This document shows positions 57,833 through 64,000 of a stretch of DNA of 64,000 nucleotides, piece by piece; within the stretch, counting starts at the first letter, position 1, and each line of letters begins with the position of its first letter. The stretch comes from an uncultured virus (IMG/VR IMGVR_UViG_3300022555_000012). Its lineage: Duplodnaviria; Heunggongvirae; Uroviricota; Caudoviricetes. The translations under genes were made by a program, and so were the position numbers. The stretch lies in the IMG/VR virus record IMGVR_UViG_3300022555_000012; one strand, written 5' to 3'. Below the pieces are notes generated by a model that was given only the letters and a program-made list of their open reading frames with translations, was not told the DNA's origin and searched no databases.

Positions 57833-58387
57833 TTACACTTTTATGGAGTCCATAATCATTTTGATTCTTTTGGCCTTATCATCATCCGTGAGAATGACAT
57901 ATTTACAGCCCCAGTCATCCAGAATCCCTCGTTCTGCAACGTGAATAAGATACTGATACCACGGATTCAATGTCCTCTTCTGAGTTACTGTTACCGGTTC
58001 ATCTCTCCATGGGCATAGAAAAAGATGGGTGTATGCCTGCACATTCTTCCGGCAAGTCTCCATAATCCTCTTCAAGGCCGCCGCATCAGAATGATGCATT
58101 TCACAAGCCGCATAAGAAGCCAGGTCAACAACAGTCCTGTCTGTTACAAAATCCGGAACATTCTGTTGTTCAATCGTCCTTCTCAGAATCTCATTCTGCC
58201 GGCCTGTATTCGCCAGGAAACGCTCAATCTGTATCCCTGAACCATAATCATAACCGTCCCGTCTGAGGATGTCCTCTGTAATGATTCTGGACTTGAGATT
58301 CGGTATCCCCAATTTCACGGATACTTCCTCCGCCAAAGCAGACTTTCCTCTTCCAGCACATCCCATTATCCCAATTTTCAAATTCAT
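57833..58387 (-). CDS. P-loop nucleotide kinase-like protein (AAA_28/NadR-type)
   Basis: GCAGRGKS, FVTDRTVVD..Y, YTHLF. Confidence 0.7.
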   Translation of the reverse strand: MNLKIGIMGCAGRGKSALAEEVSVKLGIPNLKSRIITEDILRRDGYDYGSGIQIERFLANTGRQNEILRRTIEQQNVPDFVTDRTVVDLASYAACEMHHSDAAALKRIMETCRKNVQAYTHLFLCPWRDEPVTVTQKRTLNPWYQYLIHVAERGILDDWGCKYVILTDDDKAKRIKMIMDSIKV

Positions 58388-58388
58388 G

Positions 58389-59000
58389 TCAGTTTCCTAT
58401 CTTTTTAAAAATCATCGCCACATCCGGCTCACTTCCCATTACCGTGTGAATCTTGAACCAATCCTTCTCAAAGAGTCGAATGTATTCAAGGTCAAGTCGA
58501 ATACGATCCCCTCTATGTCTGTAATCCCGACCGACCGCACAGACAAGTCCCCCGTCCACGGTGAATAGACTGGCAATCTGAACCGTCTTCCTCAGAGCCT
58601 CTATGTAATCCTTCCATCCTTCTATCAGAGACAAATCTCTTTCATCCGAAGATAAAGGTGCTGTCCCGAAGTAAGGTGGATGAAAAAACACTCCTCCGAT
58701 TGCCTCCCCTGGACCTGTCACCGTCGAATCTGCCTTTACCACCCTCTCATCCGATGGGGCCAGATCGAACGATAACAATTTAAGGCCGATACTGGCAGCG
58801 AAGTCTTGATTCTTACTTCTACCAGTATGACCTGCAAACGGCTCCCAAATTACCGCCGGGAGATTATCGTTCTCAAGAACATCTCCCACAAACTCCTCAA
58901 AGATTACAGGATTGGATTCGGCCTTGGCGATATCATATCCTCCGACATCCCTTAAGAGCATCGCTTTACTTCTCAAGGCTATGTAATCACCTTTGCTCAA
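58389..59000 (-). CDS. Amino-methyltransferase-like protein (HPPY variant)
   Basis: WEPFAG motif I, FFHPPYF motif IV. Confidence 0.65.
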   Translation of the reverse strand: MSKGDYIALRSKAMLLRDVGGYDIAKAESNPVIFEEFVGDVLENDNLPAVIWEPFAGHTGRSKNQDFAASIGLKLLSFDLAPSDERVVKADSTVTGPGEAIGGVFFHPPYFGTAPLSSDERDLSLIEGWKDYIEALRKTVQIASLFTVDGGLVCAVGRDYRHRGDRIRLDLEYIRLFEKDWFKIHTVMGSEPDVAMIFKKIGN

Positions 59001-59012
59001 TCCTGTATCTCC

Positions 59013-59942
59013 CTATGTTAAGAGTTTGACATCCTTGATGATGCTCATAAACCCGTATTCCAGGAACTTGTTGTAAAGAGCCTGATAGTCCTTCTTGTCA
59101 CTTCGAGGTCGAGGGATGTTTGGAATCTCATCCATCTTCTTCAAAGACCTCGCCAAAGTCATCCTCGGGATACTGGCAAGCAATACCTGTTCCTTCTTAG
59201 ACATCTTCGGTTTGGCTCTAACGGCTTCCAGAATAGATTCCAGGGTTCCATACTGTCGGATGTAATCTCCTGCCGTCTTTGTTCCCCATCCATCTACTCC
59301 GAAGATGTTGTCTCCCTTGTCCCCCACGAGTGCCCCGAAGTCCACCCAAAGTTCCGACCCAAAGGCGAATTCCATCTTCACCCTCTCCGCCGTCCAGGTT
59401 TCATCCTTCATTGCATCGAAAATGAGAACATCGTCCCCTATCCCCAGAACCTGATAGAAGTCCTTATCCGAAGACACCACAATTGCCTGCCCCTTCCACT
59501 TGTGAGCATAATGACAATAGGTGTAAATCAGATCGTCAGCTTCTACTCCCGGCACGATAGCCTGAGTACAACGAACCAATGGCAGAATCTCATCCTTCAT
59601 CTGATCCATCTGAGTCATGAGGCATTCCAGCTCCTCCTGTTTCTTTGGATCGATCTCCGCTTCCGCCTTGGCTATTTCCCGTGGTTCCTTATAGGCTGAC
59701 GGGACAATGCCCGCCGCAACACCGGCTTTTGATTCGGCCTTGCGACGAGCATATCCTTTATCCCATGCGACCACCAAGAAGTGTTCCGGGAACTTCTTAC
59801 GAAGGAATATCAGTTGCCTGAGAAACCCGAATAAGAGTCCCGTATACTTGCCCTTGTAACTTAACTCCTGGTGTGTCCAGAAGACTCGATGACTCATATT
59901 GTTGCCATCGATCAAGAGCAGTTTTGGTCCGTCATTCGACAT
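59013..59942 (-). CDS. 5'-3' exonuclease / flap endonuclease (PolA N-terminal-like)
   Basis: LLIDGNN, AYK, EADDL, SSDKDFYQ, ALVGDKGDNI.GV.G.G.KTA. Confidence 0.92.
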   Translation of the reverse strand: MSNDGPKLLLIDGNNMSHRVFWTHQELSYKGKYTGLLFGFLRQLIFLRKKFPEHFLVVAWDKGYARRKAESKAGVAAGIVPSAYKEPREIAKAEAEIDPKKQEELECLMTQMDQMKDEILPLVRCTQAIVPGVEADDLIYTYCHYAHKWKGQAIVVSSDKDFYQVLGIGDDVLIFDAMKDETWTAERVKMEFAFGSELWVDFGALVGDKGDNIFGVDGWGTKTAGDYIRQYGTLESILEAVRAKPKMSKKEQVLLASIPRMTLARSLKKMDEIPNIPRPRSDKKDYQALYNKFLEYGFMSIIKDVKLLT

Positions 59943-61068
59943 CCGTTACCTCTGCCCCCTCATCAGCCGACCCCAAAGCATCCGGGTCTGCACCCGCATT
60001 CGGGTCCTGTTGTTCGACATCATCCCCCGCTACCGGTTCAACACCGGCATCCTTCGCCTTGGCAATGGCATCAGAGATAGACTTTGTCAGATCAGCGTCC
60101 TTCCTCATCAGATCCAGTGTAACTGCCCGGCCCTGTCCAAGTAGTTGTCCATCGAAGTTGAACCACGAGCCCTTCTTTTCGACGATCTTCATCGCAATAC
60201 CGTTGTCCAAAATTGCGGCGATACCATCGATACCGTGGCCGAATGAGATACAGAACTCAGCCGTCCTGAAAGGCGGTGCAGTCTTGTTCTTCTTCACATC
60301 AACCTTGTTACGGGACGACACAACCACATCTTCTCCCTTGACCTTTTCCTTGACCTTTCCAACAGATCGGATATGACACCGAACGGAAGCATAATGTTTC
60401 AAGGCACGACCAGCCGGGGTAGTTGTCTTGTCCCCATACATGACTCCAATTTTATCACGCATTTGATTCGTCCAGAACACCGTGACTCCCCGTTTCCCAG
60501 CCTCGGAAGTAAGTTGCTTCAAGGCACCACTCATCAGACGAGCCTGTTCACCGACCATAGTATCCCCGATGTCCCCTTCCAACTCATGCTTTGTTGTCAA
60601 TGCCGCCACCGAGTCAACGATGATGAACTTGACACCATTCTGCATAAGCAACTTCAGGATATTCAATGCTTGTTCACCTGAATCCGGCTGATGCACGATC
60701 AGATACTTCGTATTCACTCCCAGCTTCTTCGCGTAAGCCTCATCGAATGTGAACTCCGTGTCGATCAAAGCACAATCTTCGTCAGAATACTTCTTCTGAT
60801 GCTCAGCAAGAGCATGAAGGGTAATCGTTGTCTTACCACCAGACTCCGGTCCAAACACTTCGATTTGCCTCCCCTTTGGCCATCCACCACCAAGAGCATC
60901 ATCCAGTCCGGGATCTCCAGATGGAAACCGTTCAATATTGATCTGATCCCGCGAACCTAACCAGGTCACAGCATCCTTGTTTTCCCCACCAAACGTACTC
61001 TTGTTGATCGTGGCACAAATGGCCCCAATCCTTATCGCCCGTTCATCACGAGCTTCTTTCTTAGCCAT
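59932..61068 (-). CDS. recA: RecA recombinase
   Basis: GPESGGKTT, QPDSGEQAL, VDSVAAL, QARLMS.AL, NQMR.KIGVMYG, GRALKHYAS, KNKTAPPF. Confidence 0.97.
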   Translation of the reverse strand: MAKKEARDERAIRIGAICATINKSTFGGENKDAVTWLGSRDQINIERFPSGDPGLDDALGGGWPKGRQIEVFGPESGGKTTITLHALAEHQKKYSDEDCALIDTEFTFDEAYAKKLGVNTKYLIVHQPDSGEQALNILKLLMQNGVKFIIVDSVAALTTKHELEGDIGDTMVGEQARLMSGALKQLTSEAGKRGVTVFWTNQMRDKIGVMYGDKTTTPAGRALKHYASVRCHIRSVGKVKEKVKGEDVVVSSRNKVDVKKNKTAPPFRTAEFCISFGHGIDGIAAILDNGIAMKIVEKKGSWFNFDGQLLGQGRAVTLDLMRKDADLTKSISDAIAKAKDAGVEPVAGDDVEQQDPNAGADPDALGSADEGAEVTDVE

Positions 61069-61124
61069 ACATCCTCCAGAAATAAAAGGGGATACGGTCA
61101 GTCACCCAACCGTTCCCCCAGGTT

Positions 61125-61334
61125 TCATTTACCGGCCGCTTTAGCAGCACACTCTTCGTTGAATTGACACTTCTGACACTCCGGATGTCCCTCGTCAATC
61201 GTGCCGAAACATACATACATCTCTGGCTGTACCTTTCCAACATCTTCGACTTTCGGTTCATCTTGAGCAACCGATTCCGTAGAAGTTGCAGACTCCGGGA
61301 TTACCGGAGCCGCAACCACAACAGGTTCAGTTAC
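61125..61334 (-). CDS. 4-Cys domain, probably a -1 frameshift extension of the SSB
   Basis: CFG...ECQKCQFNEEC; no SD; frame is open back through the A9 run. Confidence 0.6.
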   Translation of the reverse strand, partial: VTEPVVVAAPVIPESATSTESVAQDEPKVEDVGKVQPEMYVCFGTIDEGHPECQKCQFNEECAAKAAGK

Positions 61335-62416
61335 TTTTTTTTTGCGGTGCCATCCAGAAGCCCATCTCCATCACCTGAGTCAGTTCCTTCCCCACCAAGA
61401 ACATCCTGAATTGCTGCGGCTTCCACCGTAGAAACAGGCTTCTTTGCGAGACGATCCAACACAGAAGAAGGAACCTTACCAGCCGTCGGAGCCGGTGCCT
61501 TTACAGGTGCCGGGGCCGGAGCCTTCACGGGAGCCTTCACGGGAGCCGGGGCTTCCGCCTCAGACACATCCGCAACTGCCGCGTCAACCGCTGCATCAAC
61601 CGTCTCATCGTCACCGGTTGTATCAGCAACATTGGCCGAGATGATCTCACGAAGATCCTCATGGAGAGCATCGACGATCTTTTCCGCCTCGGTCTGCTTC
61701 CCACAACGAACCTTCAGGTCATTCATTTCCAATGCCAGTTCTTCCTTCGTGAAGGGAGTGACCTTCAATGAAGTGCCCTCGATAACTGCACGAGCCGAGT
61801 ATGTCGTTCTCGCACCCTTGGAATCCTTGATCACCTCAAGATCGATACCCCGAGTCGGGTCGTTAATGTCATAACCGACCTGCTTTAAGATACCGAAAAT
61901 GTCTTTTGCCGCTTCCGGCCCGACAGACGCGATCTTGAACCCCAGGACTTTCTCGTCCTTGCCGTTTTTTTCGACGATGACCATCGGATCATCACGGTCG
62001 ATAATGTTCCACTTGAGAGTGGAAGTCGCCCGTGTCGCCTGACGGAGAGCCTCGAAGAACTTTTTCTCGTCCTCACCCGGCTTTTCAGCCAGAACAGCCC
62101 GTGCCACCGCATTCAACTTGCAAATAGGGCAAGTCTTTTCCTTCAGAGGACGTTCCAACGCGATGTCCCAGTTCAGGCAGTTGATTACCTGCGGGATTTT
62201 GTCATCACCCTGAAATGCCGTCTGAGCACACAAACCACGATCCTTGCGTTTCGGTGCCGGTGCAATGAAATGCGTCCGAACCTCCACAAAGTCCCCGGCC
62301 AGACGGATCTTGTTGCCCCCGTCCTTCCATGTGTGATAAATGCCCTTCATTCGTGCCCCGCCCCCACCTTGCGGTCGAGCGGCCTGTACCTTTGCCAATC
62401 TGTCTAATACACTCAC
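61331..62416 (-). CDS. Single-stranded DNA-binding protein (gp32-like)
   Basis: H..C..CPIC, NIIDRDD, DINDPTRGIDL...TTYS; acidic/APVK tail; lies between UvsY-like and recA. Confidence 0.7.
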   Translation of the reverse strand: MSVLDRLAKVQAARPQGGGGARMKGIYHTWKDGGNKIRLAGDFVEVRTHFIAPAPKRKDRGLCAQTAFQGDDKIPQVINCLNWDIALERPLKEKTCPICKLNAVARAVLAEKPGEDEKKFFEALRQATRATSTLKWNIIDRDDPMVIVEKNGKDEKVLGFKIASVGPEAAKDIFGILKQVGYDINDPTRGIDLEVIKDSKGARTTYSARAVIEGTSLKVTPFTKEELALEMNDLKVRCGKQTEAEKIVDALHEDLREIISANVADTTGDDETVDAAVDAAVADVSEAEAPAPVKAPVKAPAPAPVKAPAPTAGKVPSSVLDRLAKKPVSTVEAAAIQDVLGGEGTDSGDGDGLLDGTAKKK

Positions 62417-62492
62417 TATCTCTTCTCCTCTTTTGCCTTGTTTTGCCTAGATGCCCAGGCGTTTTGTTGTGCCTTTCGGCGTGTTATGGCTT

Positions 62493-63128
62493 TTAAGCCC
62501 CTTTCCTACGCTTCTCCATCATATCCCGAACAGCTTGAACTCTGGCACTCGAAAGTGGCAGTCGTTCATGTTGCTCGCCTCTGCCAGGTTCACTGTCTCC
62601 AGATCCCCTGCCAAAATCTTTTCCCTCTTCACCCGTTATGGATGTTTTGGAATTCCAACGCTCATCATTCGTAATACTGATGTGCTCTTGAAGTGCAAAT
62701 GACTTCTGTCTCCAGGCTTCATACCAAGAGTCCAGGGTGTCTGCTTCCTCTTGTGCCTTATCAATCTGCTTCTCCTGTCTCTCAATTTCAATTTCGTTGT
62801 CCGCAACGAAACGTGATTCGATATCCGCCTGAGTTGGCTTCCATTGGGCTGTTGACCCCGAAAGAACGGATATCTTGGCAACTGCCCACTGTTTCTGCTT
62901 CCAACGCTCGTAATTCCGTTTCAGCATCGCCAGACGACGATTGGCTTCCTTCTTCATCGCCCCAAAATAAGCGATTGCTGCCGGCTGCATTGCAACATGC
63001 CGATCAAGGTCCATCGATCCTACATCCAAAAGTCGGACATCTGCTGATTCCAACTTGATACCAGACAAGTCAACTTGACCCATCCCATCTATCGCATTCT
63101 TCACATTTTCAATCAATGACATCGTCAT
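62493..63128 (-). CDS. UvsY-like recombination mediator (putative)
   Basis: Helical; LD..V..QPAAIAYF...T.ADIES...EAWRQKS; gene context. Confidence 0.5.
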   Translation of the reverse strand: MTMSLIENVKNAIDGMGQVDLSGIKLESADVRLLDVGSMDLDRHVAMQPAAIAYFGAMKKEANRRLAMLKRNYERWKQKQWAVAKISVLSGSTAQWKPTQADIESRFVADNEIEIERQEKQIDKAQEEADTLDSWYEAWRQKSFALQEHISITNDERWNSKTSITGEEGKDFGRGSGDSEPGRGEQHERLPLSSARVQAVRDMMEKRRKGA

Positions 63129-63146
63129 TCTCCTCTTTGTTTATGC

Positions 63147-63839
63147 CTATTGTGCCTGTTGAGATTCCCGGACACCTTTTTCCAGGAACTCAATTTCTTC
63201 CCTTAACTTCTCTATCATTATACTCCCATCTCGGAACCCAGTGAGAACATCTACGATCTTTTTCTTAATATTTTCATCCGAAGCATAAATTCTTATCAAA
63301 ACACGGCCCCTGGCAATCAAATCCAAAGAAGCCTTCTTCCTGATTTCATCCTCACGACGCTGTTTAATCTTCTCCTTGTTCTCATACAAGAACTTCTCCA
63401 CAACAAAATTACTACAGGAAAACTTGATAGTCGGAGGACAAAACTTTGGATTTTCACTTAAAAATTGTTCAAATAGCCAAGCCAGATACTCATCCACATC
63501 GAACCCATTATCCGTCATCACCTTCACCAACTGGTTAATTAACCTTCCATCCACCCCGGTAATCGCCCGAGAATATTCCTGGTCTACCAGATGCAGATAC
63601 CGATTTTTGAAGATTGATATAAACTTGCGACGATCTGCCGACATCCGGTGTTGAGGTGTCCCAGCAAATTTTGACTCAACTATCTGTCTTTCAATCGCCT
63701 GACCCAATAATTCAACATAATGGAATACTTCCGGAATATCTTCGATTCCAAATGGTTCCACGAGCGAATATACCACTCCCATAAACCGCTCCAAGCGATC
63801 TTCGGGAACTGCGTGTCTATCTACATTGTCCCGCTTCAT
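63147..63839 (-). CDS. Hypothetical protein
   Basis: Long ORF in the replication operon. Confidence 0.6.
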   Translation of the reverse strand: MKRDNVDRHAVPEDRLERFMGVVYSLVEPFGIEDIPEVFHYVELLGQAIERQIVESKFAGTPQHRMSADRRKFISIFKNRYLHLVDQEYSRAITGVDGRLINQLVKVMTDNGFDVDEYLAWLFEQFLSENPKFCPPTIKFSCSNFVVEKFLYENKEKIKQRREDEIRKKASLDLIARGRVLIRIYASDENIKKKIVDVLTGFRDGSIMIEKLREEIEFLEKGVRESQQAQ

Positions 63840-63999
63840 CTATATACCGTTTAATCCTTTTCACAACATTGTCATCCTCGTCGAATACCAGGGGGAATAA
63901 GGCATCCACTTTGCCAGCCCTCCGGAACATCTCGACCGCTGCATCTCGAACAAACTTGTCGTCGGAACTCAAAAGTTTCTCAAGAACTTCCAATGCCCC
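63817..63999 (-). CDS. HEAT-repeat-like protein, C-terminal fragment
   Basis: Manual translation ALEVLEKLLSSDDKFVRDAAVE...LVFDEDDNVV. Confidence 0.5.
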   Translation of the reverse strand, partial: GALEVLEKLLSSDDKFVRDAAVEMFRRAGKVDALFPLVFDEDDNVVKRIKRYIDEAGQCR

Positions 64000-64000
64000 T

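Noticed and set aside
61490..61550. 12-bp tandem repeats
   Set aside because: They encode the APVK flexible linker of the SSB
1..64000. tRNA, rRNA, group I/II introns, IS elements
   Set aside because: No T-loop/cloverleaf, transposase or RT signatures noticed by eye; tRNAscan and Infernal were not run

Overview
A gene-dense, almost entirely minus-strand segment of a large (jumbo-type) tailed bacteriophage genome, read in the standard code. No tRNA, rRNA or CRISPR array was seen. All family calls come from motifs recognised by eye, not from database searches. Layout: (1) 0.2-22 kb: two tandem sigma-factor-like paralogs, envelope and glycan enzymes (LpxR-like, glycosyltransferases, lipoproteins, a caspase-like protease), a broken methyltransferase, and about 16 unrelated proteins sharing a short amphipathic 'IAxR/K/E-I/L-x-A' leader or linker (candidate head-packaged cargo: 2H phosphoesterase, WGR, HAD, deoxyribosyltransferase-like, C39). 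(2) 22-30 kb: a lone plus-strand HNH/replication-initiator-like gene, Dam-like MTase, RuvC, Cas4/RecB-like nuclease and a half Rad50. (3) 30-39 kb: small early-type genes behind six copies of an exactly spaced TTYCGTAT-N15-GCAATG promoter-like motif, mostly leaderless. (4) 39-48.5 kb: glycosyl/nucleotidyl/sulfo-transferase cluster. (5) 48.5-64 kb: replication and recombination (DnaE with two inteins, Mre11/SbcD, 5'-3' exonuclease, RecA, SSB, UvsY-like). Most striking: the second DnaE intein hides a complete Vsr/DUF559-type endonuclease in the +1 frame while the intein frame stays open; the SSB ends in an A9G slippery site that would add a 4-Cys domain by -1 frameshift; and there are signs of a phage-specific transcription programme and a shared protein targeting/processing peptide.
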